The notes: generated by a model from the letters alone, not told the origin. A stretch of 46,443 nt of DNA from Candidatus Levyibacteriota bacterium (GCA_040900105.1 JBBDZP010000010.1:1-46443), one strand, 5' to 3'. Numbered from the stretch's first letter, positions 9,176-17,689 are shown. Numbers and translations are program-made.

Positions 9176-9649
9176 ATGAGACACAAAAAGGTTAAAAAAA
9201 GAGAAACAGCGCCGGATAAGATTTATAACAGCAGGCTTGTTGCCAAGTTCATCAATTCTATGATGAAGGACGGAAAAAAGACTATTGCCGAAGGTCTTTT
9301 TTATGATGCAATAAAAAGAATTGAAGAAAAAGAGAAGGATGCAGTTTCTCTGTTTGAAAAGGCAATTTTAAATGTTGGACCAAGACAAGAGATAAAACCA
9401 AGAAGAGTTGGGGGGGCATCTTATCAGATTCCTATTGAAGTTAGAGGAGAAAGAAAAACTTCCCTGGCAATCAGATGGATAATTTTAGCCGCAAAAAACC
9501 GCTCAAATAAAGAGTACCACACATTTTCTGAAAAATTGGCAGCAGAACTCATGGATGCAGTTGAAAATAAGGGTGAAGCAGTCAAAAAAAGAGATACAGC
9601 TCACCGCATGGCAGAAGCCAACAAAGCCTTCAGTCATTTCCGTTGGTAA
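9176..9649 (+). CDS. rpsG: 30S ribosomal protein S7
   Basis: 157 aa with S7 hallmarks (VGPRQEIKPRRVGGASYQIPIEV, C-terminal HRMAEANKAFSHFRW). It directly follows rpsL. Confidence 0.96.
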   Translation: MRHKKVKKRETAPDKIYNSRLVAKFINSMMKDGKKTIAEGLFYDAIKRIEEKEKDAVSLFEKAILNVGPRQEIKPRRVGGASYQIPIEVRGERKTSLAIRWIILAAKNRSNKEYHTFSEKLAAELMDAVENKGEAVKKRDTAHRMAEANKAFSHFRW

Positions 9650-9679
9650 CCTCATTGATTTTGCGTGGTAAAATAGAGT

Positions 9680-10348
9680 ATGGAAAACTTTAACGACATA
9701 ACTTGGTTTGGGCATGCTTCTTTCATGTTTGTCGATTCTAAAACTGGACAAAAGATTTACTACGTTGATCCTTTTCAACTTCCCTCTCAAGACCTCGACA
9801 AAGCAGACATTGTTTTTGTCACGCATGCGCATCATGACCATTTGTCTGAAGGCGATATTAACCATATTCTAAAAGAGGATACTGTAGTTGTGGCTACCTC
9901 TGATTCGCTTGAAACTCTCAGTATTTCTGCCAAAAAATATCCGGTAGAACCAAATCGGCAATATGATGTTCGCGGTTTTAACTTTGAGACTGTTCCGGCT
10001 TATAACACAAATCCCCAAAAACTTAACTTTCACCCAAAGTCCAACAATTGGGTTGGGTATATCTTTGAAATAAACGGAAAGAAAATTTATCATGCCGGGG
10101 ACACGGATTTTATCCCGGAAATGCGTGATTTAGCCTCAAAAAACCTGGATATCGCAATGCTTCCCATGGGCGGAACTTACACAATGGATGTAGAGGAAAT
10201 GATAGAAGCGGCAAATGCAATCAGCGCAAAATACACAATTCCCATGCACTACAAAAGACTTCTTGGAGAAAAAGCAAAAGAAGCAGAAGAAAAACTAAAA
10301 TCCGGAGTCAAAAACTCCCAAGTCCTAATTCTAGAAGAAGTAAGTTGA
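9680..10348 (+). CDS. Metallo-beta-lactamase-fold metal-dependent hydrolase (UPF0173/YtkL-like)
   Basis: HxHxDH motif (FVTHAHHDHL), then HAGDTD and LPMGGTYTMD. 222 aa. Confidence 0.8.
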   Translation: MENFNDITWFGHASFMFVDSKTGQKIYYVDPFQLPSQDLDKADIVFVTHAHHDHLSEGDINHILKEDTVVVATSDSLETLSISAKKYPVEPNRQYDVRGFNFETVPAYNTNPQKLNFHPKSNNWVGYIFEINGKKIYHAGDTDFIPEMRDLASKNLDIAMLPMGGTYTMDVEEMIEAANAISAKYTIPMHYKRLLGEKAKEAEEKLKSGVKNSQVLILEEVS

Positions 10349-10514
10349 GATTCGTAAGTATGCTATTAATGATTATACTCTTATCAATAATTCACAGCCT
10401 CACAATAAAGCCTTCTATATAGAGTATATAGGTTTAGTATAGATTATAAGTACACAGGTAGCACTTATTGGCTTCGAAATGGATTATAAATTCAGAATCT
10501 ATAATTTTGCTGTC

Positions 10515-10542
10515 TTGACAAATAAAATAAATGTAGTAAAAT
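10515..10542 (+). promoter_or_regulatory. Sigma70-like promoter (TTGACA-16 nt-TAAAAT) ending 6 nt before the ATG, implying a leaderless mRNA
   Basis: TTGACA at 10515-10520 and TAAAAT at 10537-10542. The ATG is at 10549 and there is no Shine-Dalgarno. Confidence 0.5.
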
Positions 10543-10548
10543 AAAATC

Positions 10549-11088
10549 ATGGATAGCTTAAATTCACTTTATGAATTCATAGATAGGGCGGAAAAGAATA
10601 GGAAATATCTCGCAAACGTTGCGGTTAATTTCCGAACCCCCTTGCGTGTTATAGAGAAAGAATTAAGCGGTGAAGAAAAAAATTCTCTTGAATCAATTAA
10701 GAAAAATTTAGATCAAATAATAGCTGTTATTTATTCAAAAAGCGATAATAAACTTTCAGCAGCCTCTCTAGGTGTTTATAAAAGGAGGATTCATAGTCTC
10801 ATAAAAGATTACGAGGAATATGGTAAGGATCCTAGTAAAATGGCTTCTTGGGATAGGAAAATATCAATTAGGACGCCTAAAGAGAAAACAGTAAAAGTAT
10901 TGTCTTCTGAAAAACCCGTAGACTCCTCTACTATTGCGCTCCCATCTTTTGATAATAATGAGTTCCAAGCAGTTGATTTGATGTTAACTAATGGAAAAGG
11001 AAGAATTATCGTGCCTAGAGATTTTACAGAGGATGACGCAAAAAAACTGAAAGCACAAATAGATATTTTAGCTAATATTTTTTCCTGA
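10549..11088 (+). CDS. Hypothetical protein, 179 aa, no confident family
   Basis: Clean ORF in an AT-rich segment. The opposite-strand ORF 10809-11132 is low-complexity. The N-terminal half is helical and Lys/Glu-rich. The C-terminal GRIIVPRDFTEDDAKKL faintly resembles AbrB/SpoVT-type looped-hinge motifs (weak). Confidence 0.55.
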   Translation: MDSLNSLYEFIDRAEKNRKYLANVAVNFRTPLRVIEKELSGEEKNSLESIKKNLDQIIAVIYSKSDNKLSAASLGVYKRRIHSLIKDYEEYGKDPSKMASWDRKISIRTPKEKTVKVLSSEKPVDSSTIALPSFDNNEFQAVDLMLTNGKGRIIVPRDFTEDDAKKLKAQIDILANIFS

Positions 11089-11104
11089 CGATAGCAAATA
11101 ATAT

Positions 11105-11198
11105 CCAGGGGATGCGCAAGTGCGTCGGTCAATTCTCAGTTGATTGGAAGCGATTCTTTGAATAGAAAAGCAGAGTAGGTGCAAATCCTGCCCCCTGG
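11105..11198 (+). ncRNA. tRNA-derived cloverleaf-like element (tRNA pseudogene or tRNA-like ncRNA); not a canonical tRNA
   Basis: A 7-bp closing stem pairs CCAGGGG (11105-11111) with CCCCTGG (11192-11198). Inside it are three hairpins. The first is GCGC-aagt-GCGT (11114-11125). The second is GTCAA-ttctcag-TTGAT (11128-11144). The third is a T-arm-like GTAGG-tgcaaat-CCTGC (11175-11191). The core GGTGCAAATCC of that T-arm is one substitution from the common GGTTCAAATCC. The D-arm is aberrant, a ~30-nt variable region is present, and no CCA is encoded. Confidence 0.35.
11143..11166 (+). repeat. Direct repeat copy 1 (ATTGGAAGCGATTCTTTGAATAGA)
   Basis: 23 of 24 nt identical to 11237-11260. It lies inside the tRNA-like element. 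Confidence 0.85.
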
Positions 11199-11211
11199 TA
11201 CCTAAATACCT

Positions 11212-11236
11212 AAAAAGAGCCTTCCGGCTCTTTTTT
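11212..11236. terminator. Bidirectional intrinsic terminator shared by the convergent genes
   Basis: AAAAAGAGCC-ttcc-GGCTCTTTTTT. It is a perfect 6-bp GC-containing stem flanked by an A tract and a T6 tract. Confidence 0.75.
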
Positions 11237-11260
11237 ATTGGAAACGATTCTTTGAATAGA
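11237..11260 (+). repeat. Direct repeat copy 2 (ATTGGAAACGATTCTTTGAATAGA)
   Basis: 23 of 24 nt identical to 11143-11166. It starts immediately after the terminator T tract. Confidence 0.85.
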
Positions 11261-11339
11261 TTTACATTATAACACAGAGTGTGTTATTGTCAAACTATAG
11301 GTTATTGTTGGACAGTAACGCTGAGGATTTTGTCGCCAA

Positions 11340-11765
11340 CTAAAATTTTATTTCAAAAAACTTTCTTTTTGCATCAAACTTTATATAGTCGAAATAGTTA
11401 AAGAATCCTTCTCGACCCAGAAGAGGCATTTGAATACTTTCTCCGAATTGAATCATTGTGTCAATCTTCTTATTCTCCAGCTGAATCCTACAAAAAACTG
11501 CATATGTTCGTCCACCTATTCCGCCTACTCCAAGTATATCTCTTGGTTCTCCTTTTTTATAATCTATTCCAACCTCTGTAGCAAAGGAAGCAGGAAAAAC
11601 ATTGTTATCTGCTCCTGAATCAACAAGCGCCTTAATGAAATTCGCACTCCATTTATTTTTATTACCTATTTTAATTAGTAAATAAGGCCGATAAATACTT
11701 GCAAGCTTTTTAGTCTTTGAATCTCTAAATATTTCAGGATGAAACTTATAAGATATTACAGGCAT
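11340..11765 (-). CDS. Retropepsin-like (single-lobe) aspartic protease
   Basis: 141 aa. The catalytic D-S-G-A is in KALVDSGADNNVFP, and a downstream PLLGREGFF flap/dimer motif is present. The size fits a homodimeric retropepsin fold. Confidence 0.7.
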   Translation of the reverse strand: MPVISYKFHPEIFRDSKTKKLASIYRPYLLIKIGNKNKWSANFIKALVDSGADNNVFPASFATEVGIDYKKGEPRDILGVGGIGGRTYAVFCRIQLENKKIDTMIQFGESIQMPLLGREGFFNYFDYIKFDAKRKFFEIKF

Positions 11766-11944
11766 GTTGGAGCAAGCGTTTTGTTAAATGGAGGAACAAA
11801 CATAATTATAGCGTCTTTGATATTTATCCTTCTTATTTCTTTTTGTAGCACATCAAGACTTTTATTGGAAAGCAATACTTTCTTGTAATTTCTATCTGTT
11901 GCAATCCATTTATTTTCGTTGTTTATGTAAAGCTTAATATTCAT
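11756..11944 (-). CDS. Small protein, DUF5678-like (62 aa), translationally coupled to the protease gene
   Basis: The pattern ENKWIATD..KKVLLSNKSLDVLQKEIRR...AIIMFVPP resembles DUF5678-type proteins. That is my recollection, not a search result. It overlaps the downstream gene by 10 nt. Confidence 0.5.
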   Translation of the reverse strand: MNIKLYINNENKWIATDRNYKKVLLSNKSLDVLQKEIRRINIKDAIIMFVPPFNKTLAPTCL

Positions 11945-11974
11945 AAGATAATTATCTCATATTTTGTCAAATAA

Positions 11975-12628
11975 TTATTGTTGCACCGAAACTTTCAACA
12001 TTTTGTCGCCGACTGCAATACTTTTTACTACGTCCATTCCCTTTGTAACTTTACCAAAAATCGTATAAGCGTTGGGAAGCTGATTATCCTCAAGCATTAT
12101 AAAAAACTGGCTGCCGTTTGTGTTGGGTCCTGCGTTTGCCATAGCTACGACTCCTTCCTGATACCCTGCTTTATAACTTGCGGTATTAGGATTTAGCTCA
12201 TCTTCAAATCTTGCGCCATAAATTGAAGTGCCGCCTGTACCATTTCCATTTGGATCTCCTCCCTGAATTACAAACCCCGGCTCAACTCTATGGAAAGTTA
12301 AATTATTGTAGTAGCCGGTTTTTGCCAGAGTTGCAAAATTGGTTACGGTTTTTGGAGCATCCTGCGGATAAAGCTCAATTTCTATATCCCCCTTCGCGGT
12401 TTTTATAACAGCACTAGTTGCAGAAACTCTTTCAGATTCTGCTGTGCCAGTCGGTGTGGGAGTTTCGTCCAGGGGACGATCAGCCTGTGGCTGAGGAGTT
12501 GGTGTGTTATTTTGATCTGAAAGCATATTAAATCCAAAAAATCCTAAGACTGCAATTGCTACGACTATAATAACAGTTTTCATCTTTTGGTATCTGACCA
12601 TTTTGCCAGACTTAGATTTAATTTTCAA
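11975..12628 (-). CDS. ppiB: Peptidyl-prolyl cis-trans isomerase, cyclophilin type, with N-terminal membrane anchor
   Basis: FHRVEPGFVIQGGDP, GTGGTSIYGARFEDE and VAMANAGPNTNGSQFFI are present. The N-terminal TM segment is TVIIVVAIAVLGFFGF. The start may be one of the internal Met codons. Confidence 0.88.
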   Translation of the reverse strand: MKIKSKSGKMVRYQKMKTVIIVVAIAVLGFFGFNMLSDQNNTPTPQPQADRPLDETPTPTGTAESERVSATSAVIKTAKGDIEIELYPQDAPKTVTNFATLAKTGYYNNLTFHRVEPGFVIQGGDPNGNGTGGTSIYGARFEDELNPNTASYKAGYQEGVVAMANAGPNTNGSQFFIMLEDNQLPNAYTIFGKVTKGMDVVKSIAVGDKMLKVSVQQ

Positions 12629-13583
12629 GACCCGAAGTTAATCCGACTTTTCCTAAGTTAAGAAAATATTCATTTTCCTTGGAATTATTATGGTTTATAA
12701 CTTTTTCATAAGTAGCTCTTAATAAATGCATTGCGTGTCCGACTTTAACCAAAATTGGAAGTGTTTCCAGTTCGTACTCTGTTAACGTAATATATTTCTG
12801 ATATTCAACTAGTGCTAGATTGTAATAGTCTTTCGTTTGGGAAATATCACCTTTGTCAAAAAAAGTATCGTTGAATAAAACTGCAAGCTCGATAATTCTA
12901 GGAGAATAATTTGCTACGGCAAAATCAATAACATAAATCTTTCCATTCTTGTCTTTCATAAGATTTGTCGTTATCAAATCTCCATGGATTAGAGCCTTTG
13001 GTAATTTGTTGAAATTTATTCCCTCAAAGTCCGCGACTAAGGGATTAATAAGGAGTTTTTGCTCCGATTCTAACACTTTCCCTTTTTCTCTATATTCCTT
13101 TAGGAAATTGATAATTGCCCAGCTGTCATATATTAAAGGTGGTTTTAATTGAATACTATTAATTAGTACAGCTTGTTTAATAATAAACTGCAATTCTTTA
13201 TTGGTAGGGTTATGGTTCAATTCAAAGAAGCTGTTTCCGCCTATATATTCAAAAACAGATAATCTATCTTCAGTTTCTGCTAACGAAGTTTTATATAAGA
13301 AATCATCATGATTTTTATAGAGTTTTGGATGAGATACTCCAGCGCTGAGCGCAGCATTAACGACTTCAATATACTGCCGGCATTCTTTTTCGCTTCTGAA
13401 TGAGCCAAAGATTTTAACGAAAAACTTTCCTTTATCGGTAATTAAAATAAGATTAAAATCTTCGTAACCTTGGATAATTAATTCATGCGATTCATAAGAA
13501 CCAATGTTATAATCCTTGCAAACTTTTGAAAACAGAGGTTTTAGATCACCCTGGTAATTAATTCTTTTCTGAAACTCATCCAT
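12618..13583 (-). CDS. Aminoglycoside/homoserine-kinase-II-type phosphotransferase (APH family kinase)
   Basis: 321 aa. The catalytic-loop LIHGDLITTNLM (HGDxxxxN) and the metal-binding VIDFAVA (DFG-like) are present. Confidence 0.75.
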   Translation of the reverse strand: MDEFQKRINYQGDLKPLFSKVCKDYNIGSYESHELIIQGYEDFNLILITDKGKFFVKIFGSFRSEKECRQYIEVVNAALSAGVSHPKLYKNHDDFLYKTSLAETEDRLSVFEYIGGNSFFELNHNPTNKELQFIIKQAVLINSIQLKPPLIYDSWAIINFLKEYREKGKVLESEQKLLINPLVADFEGINFNKLPKALIHGDLITTNLMKDKNGKIYVIDFAVANYSPRIIELAVLFNDTFFDKGDISQTKDYYNLALVEYQKYITLTEYELETLPILVKVGHAMHLLRATYEKVINHNNSKENEYFLNLGKVGLTSGLEN

Positions 13584-13604
13584 TAGCCGGATTATAACAT
13601 TCTA

Positions 13605-13633
13605 TGGCCAAAAGTTATAAAATATGTTATACT
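13605..13633 (+). promoter_or_regulatory. Candidate fusA promoter (TGGCCA-17 nt-TGtTATACT extended -10)
   Basis: TGGCCA at 13605-13610 and TATACT at 13628-13633 with TG at 13625-13626. The hairpin TCCC-UUCG-GGGA (13642-13653) plus a T6 tract (13655-13660) follows, just before the ATG at 13672. Confidence 0.4.
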
Positions 13634-13671
13634 TTCCTCAATCCCTTCGGGGACTTTTTTAAATTAAAATT

Positions 13672-15825
13672 ATGGCTGCAACAAATAGAGATTTTACATT
13701 AGATAAAATTAGAAATATTGGTATTATTGCCCACATTGACGCGGGCAAAACTACAACCACAGAACGTATCCTTTATTACACCGGAAGAACCTACAAAATT
13801 GGGGATATTGATGAGGGAAATACCCAGATGGACTGGATGGAGCAGGAAAAAGAGCGCGGAATTACTATTGTATCCGCTGCAACCACTGCTTTTTGGACCC
13901 ATTCGGCGAGCTCAGGGCAAGCAAAGCAAGAAGAACATAGGATAAATATTATTGACACTCCCGGTCACGTTGATTTTACAGCGGAAGTAGAGCGCTCGCT
14001 CAGAGTTTTAGACGGTGGAATTACAGTCCTTGATGCAGAAGAAGGAGTTCAGTCCCAGTCTGAAACTGTTTGGAGGCAGGCGGACAAGTATAAGGTTCCA
14101 AGACTTTGTTTTGTAAACAAGATGGATAAGCTTGGGGCAGACTTTTTGGCAACTATAAAAAGTATTGAAGATAGGCTAGGCGCAAATCCTGCAATCATGG
14201 TTTTGCCAATAGGAGCCGAGCAAACTTTTAAGGGAACGGTTGATCTTCTTTCCCGCCAGTCTTTTATTTGGGGATCTGATGAACTTGGAGCAAAGTTTGA
14301 AACACTGGATGAGGTTCCGCAGGACATGAAAGATCAGGTAGAAGAATATCGTTCTAAGTTAATTGAAAAAATTTCAGAGACTGATGACGGCCTGCTTGAA
14401 AAGTATTTGGCAGGAGAAGAACCAAGCGTTCAAGAGCTAAAGGCAGCTTTAAGACGCGCAGTCATTGCCTACAAATTGGTCCCAATTTATGCAGGATCGT
14501 CTCTTAGGAATAAAGGTGTCCAGCCGCTTTTAGATGCTGTTATTGATTACCTTCCTTCTCCTTTGGATCTCTCTTCTGCAAAAGGAAAAGGAATAAATCC
14601 TAAAACAGGCGAGGAAGTTGAAAGATTGCCTGATCCAAAAGGTCCATTTGCGGGCCTTGCTTTCAAAATCCAAATTGACCCTCACGTTGGAAAGCTAACC
14701 TACTTTAGAGTTTATTCAGGAACAGTAGTATCCGGTTCTTATATTTACAACAGTACAAAAAATATAAGAGAAAGAGTCGGCCGAATACTTTTGATGCATG
14801 CCAACACAAGAGAAGAAATTAAAACAGCCGCGGCAGGAGAAATAGTAGCGCTTGTCGGGCTCAAAGATACAACAACCGGAGATACTCTTTGTGATGAAGC
14901 AAATCCAATAATTCTTGAAAAAATTACATTTCCTGAGCCTGTTATCTCATTGGCTATTGAGCCAAAAACAAAATCAGACCAGGAAAAACTTGGATTTTCT
15001 CTTAAAAGACTTATGGAAGAAGATCCGACATTTACAGTTAAAACAAACCATGAAACAGGGCAAACTATTATTTCAGGAGTTGGGGAACTTCAGCTTGAAA
15101 TTATGGTAGATAGAATGAAGAGAGAATTTGGAGTTTTAGCAAATGTTGGAGCACCTCAAGTAGCCTATAAAGAGACAGTTTCACAAGAGGCACAAGCCGA
15201 AGGAAAATATATCCGCCAATCCGGTGGGCGCGGACAGTATGGACATTGTTTTCTTAAGGTTACTCCAAAGCCAAGAGGAGAAGGATACGAATTTGTAGAT
15301 GCAATTAAGGGTGGAGCGATTCCTGCAGAGTTTATAAAAGCAGTTGAAAAAGGTGTTGTTGAAACCATGGAAAACGGAATTCTACTTGGATATCCAATGG
15401 TTGATATGACAGTCACCTGCTATGATGGTTCATACCATGATGTTGACTCGTCCGAAATCGCCTTTAAAATTGCCGCTTCTCAGGCACTTCAAGCTGCAAC
15501 AAGAAAAGCAGATTTAAAACTTTTAGAGCCTATTATGAAAGTTGAAGTTACAACTCCATCTGAATTTATGGGAGACGTAATTGGAGATTTGTCTGCAAAA
15601 AGAGGACAAATTATCAGCACTGAAGAAAGGGCAAAGGCAACCATTATTTTAGCATCTGTTCCACTTGCAGAACTTTCAGGCTATGCAACAACATTAAGAT
15701 CTATGTCTCAGGGACGTGCATCTTACTACATGGAGCCATCACACTATCAGGAAGTTCCGCAGAATATAGTTGCTCAAATGTTAGAAAAATCCACCTTCAC
15801 AGGTCGCATCTCTGCCCAGCAATAG
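13672..15825 (+). CDS. fusA: Elongation factor G
   Basis: G1 [13 protein letters not shown]3 [10 protein letters not shown] and NKMDK are present. 717 aa with full domain II-V length. Confidence 0.97.
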   Translation: MAATNRDFTLDKIRNIGIIAHIDAGKTTTTERILYYTGRTYKIGDIDEGNTQMDWMEQEKERGITIVSAATTAFWTHSASSGQAKQEEHRINIIDTPGHVDFTAEVERSLRVLDGGITVLDAEEGVQSQSETVWRQADKYKVPRLCFVNKMDKLGADFLATIKSIEDRLGANPAIMVLPIGAEQTFKGTVDLLSRQSFIWGSDELGAKFETLDEVPQDMKDQVEEYRSKLIEKISETDDGLLEKYLAGEEPSVQELKAALRRAVIAYKLVPIYAGSSLRNKGVQPLLDAVIDYLPSPLDLSSAKGKGINPKTGEEVERLPDPKGPFAGLAFKIQIDPHVGKLTYFRVYSGTVVSGSYIYNSTKNIRERVGRILLMHANTREEIKTAAAGEIVALVGLKDTTTGDTLCDEANPIILEKITFPEPVISLAIEPKTKSDQEKLGFSLKRLMEEDPTFTVKTNHETGQTIISGVGELQLEIMVDRMKREFGVLANVGAPQVAYKETVSQEAQAEGKYIRQSGGRGQYGHCFLKVTPKPRGEGYEFVDAIKGGAIPAEFIKAVEKGVVETMENGILLGYPMVDMTVTCYDGSYHDVDSSEIAFKIAASQALQAATRKADLKLLEPIMKVEVTTPSEFMGDVIGDLSAKRGQIISTEERAKATIILASVPLAELSGYATTLRSMSQGRASYYMEPSHYQEVPQNIVAQMLEKSTFTGRISAQQ

Positions 15826-15861
15826 TCCCCGTGTTGTAATCTTTGCAAGAAGTGTCCTATA

Positions 15862-16458
15862 ATGGCTTTTATGGTTTCTTCAGAAAGAGTCCAGGGTTTT
15901 AATCCAAATCACACGGAAGTTTCCCAAGCAAGAAGAGATGATTTGACAGTTTGGTTTCCCAACGCTGAAGAATTGATAAGAGAGGGTTTTGATAATCTGT
16001 TTGGGATAAAAGATGTTCCCCCAATTGACATACACGGACATGACGGTTCACAAGCAACATATTTTGGTAAATTTACCAGAGGGGACGACCTTTATCATAT
16101 TTCCGGAATGGGTCATGGTGAAATTACTTCCGAATCTCATTATCATGAATGGCCACAAGATGTAATAAAGCCCGCAACGATGTTTGGAGATAAAGTAGAT
16201 GTTGCAGAAGAATACTTCGTTTTGTCTGGGTGGGGGATTCTAGTACTAGGAGAAGACGAAGATGCTGTTGAGTATATTTTAGACAAAGACCGCCCTTTTG
16301 TTGTTCATGCTGGAACAATGCACAGAGTTAGAACAGAAGGCGGGCCAGTGTTGCTTGCGCTTAAAACTAGATACGGTGCATTAATTCCAGAGGATAAATT
16401 GCACATGCGTCCAAAAAGAAAAACTATTTTCCCCCTTGACGAGGCTCGGAAAATGTAG
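15862..16458 (+). CDS. Hypothetical cupin-like protein (198 aa) inserted between fusA and tuf
   Basis: Cupin-type motifs SHYHEWPQD ... [10 protein letters not shown] ... [10 protein letters not shown]. It is on the same strand with tight spacing (36 nt after fusA and 43 nt before tuf). Confidence 0.55.
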   Translation: MAFMVSSERVQGFNPNHTEVSQARRDDLTVWFPNAEELIREGFDNLFGIKDVPPIDIHGHDGSQATYFGKFTRGDDLYHISGMGHGEITSESHYHEWPQDVIKPATMFGDKVDVAEEYFVLSGWGILVLGEDEDAVEYILDKDRPFVVHAGTMHRVRTEGGPVLLALKTRYGALIPEDKLHMRPKRKTIFPLDEARKM

Positions 16459-16501
16459 TATTATTATTGTTAGCCTTCTTGAAGGTTTTTATTTTTCTTG
16501 T

Positions 16502-17689
16502 ATGGCAGAATCAGCAAAATTTCAAAGAACAAAACCGCATCTTAATATTGGTACCATTGGTCACGTTGACCATGGCAAGACCACATTAACTGCAGCTATT
16601 ACAACGGTGCTTTCCAAAAAAGGAATGGCAACAGCTAAAAAGTACGAAGATATTGATAACGCTCCAGAGGAAAAGGCTCGTGGAGTTACAATCAATATTT
16701 CCCACCAAGAGTACGAGACAGAAAAAAGACATTATGCTCACATTGACGCTCCGGGCCACGCAGATTATGTCAAAAACATGATTACAGGTGCGGCTCAAAT
16801 GGATGGAGCAATTCTCGTAGTTTCCGCTCCGGACGGTCCTATGCCCCAGACAAGAGAACACATCCTCCTTGCTTACCAGGTTGGAGTTCCGGCAATCGTA
16901 GTTTTCCTTAACAAATGCGATATGGTCCAAGACGAAGAGCTTTTGGATTTGGTTGAAATGGAAGTACGCGAACTTCTTACAAAATACAAATATCCGGGAG
17001 ACAAAATTACAATAGTAAGAGGATCAGCTCTTAAGGCACTTGAAGGCGACGCAGATGCAGAAAAGCAAATATTAGCCTTGATGGATGCAGTTGACGCAGA
17101 TATTCCAACACCAGAAAGAGAAATTGATAAACCATTCTTAATGCCTGTTGAAGACGTCTTCTCCATCAAAGGACGTGGAACAGTTGTAACCGGAAGAATT
17201 GAAAGAGGAACAGTCAAAGTGAATGAAACGGTTGAAATAGTTGGAATTAAAGCTACAAAATCCACAGTTGTAACAGGGGTAGAAATGTTTAAAAAGCAAC
17301 TTGAAGATGGACAAGCAGGAGACAATGTTGGGCTACTTCTGCGTGGAGTTGAAAAAGCTGATGTAGAGCGCGGACAGGTTATTGCAAAACCGGGGAGCAT
17401 TACTCCTCACACAGATTTTGAGGGAGAAATTTATATCTTGGCAAAAGAGGAAGGCGGACGCCACACGCCATTTTTTACAGGCTACAGGCCACAGTTTTAT
17501 ATTAGGACAACCGATGTAACAGGAGAAGTTACTCTTCCAGCAGGCGTTGAAATGGTTATGCCTGGAGACAATACAAAAATGACTGCAAAACTTATAGTTC
17601 CGGTAGCTTTGGAGGACGGACTTAGATTTGCAATTAGAGAAGGCGGAAAAACAGTTGGAGCAGGTGTAATTAGCAAGGTTTTGAAATAA
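16502..17689 (+). CDS. tuf: Elongation factor Tu
   Basis: [18 protein letters not shown] and NKCD are present. I moved the start from the ORF-track 16436 to ATG 16502 ([27 protein letters not shown]). Confidence 0.97.
   Translation: MAESAKFQRTKPHLNIGTIGHVDHGKTTLTAAITTVLSKKGMATAKKYEDIDNAPEEKARGVTINISHQEYETEKRHYAHIDAPGHADYVKNMITGAAQMDGAILVVSAPDGPMPQTREHILLAYQVGVPAIVVFLNKCDMVQDEELLDLVEMEVRELLTKYKYPGDKITIVRGSALKALEGDADAEKQILALMDAVDADIPTPEREIDKPFLMPVEDVFSIKGRGTVVTGRIERGTVKVNETVEIVGIKATKSTVVTGVEMFKKQLEDGQAGDNVGLLLRGVEKADVERGQVIAKPGSITPHTDFEGEIYILAKEEGGRHTPFFTGYRPQFYIRTTDVTGEVTLPAGVEMVMPGDNTKMTAKLIVPVALEDGLRFAIREGGKTVGAGVISKVLK

Noticed and set aside
10549-11088. Calling the 179-aa orphan a truncated tyrosine integrase.
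   Set aside because: There is only a vague resemblance to SAM-like N-terminal domains. No catalytic R/HxxR/Y residues are present and the length is too short. It is left as hypothetical.
11105-11198. Reading the cloverleaf-like element as a functional tRNA (Glu-CUC by loop position), tRNA-Sec, tmRNA, SRP RNA, or a TPP riboswitch on the minus strand.
   Set aside because: - tRNA: the D-loop is 4 nt without G18G19, the T-loop has G at position 55, there is an extra base at 26, and a long variable arm is incompatible with a class I identity.
- tRNA-Sec: there is no UCA anticodon in loop register.
- tmRNA: there is no G3:U70 or tag ORF.
- SRP RNA: there is no GGAA/AGCA domain IV motif.
- TPP riboswitch: CTGAGA is present on the minus strand, but the spacing to the other THI-box elements is wrong.
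11112-11260. Small ORF MRKCVGQFSVDWKRFFE (11112-11165), and the fact that both direct-repeat copies encode WKRFFE-stop with a synonymous difference.
   Set aside because: The first ORF has its SD-like AGGGG only 1 nt from the ATG. The second copy has no start codon in frame (a stop lies at 11203). One synonymous mismatch is weak evidence. The repeat is more parsimoniously a nucleic-acid-level repeat.
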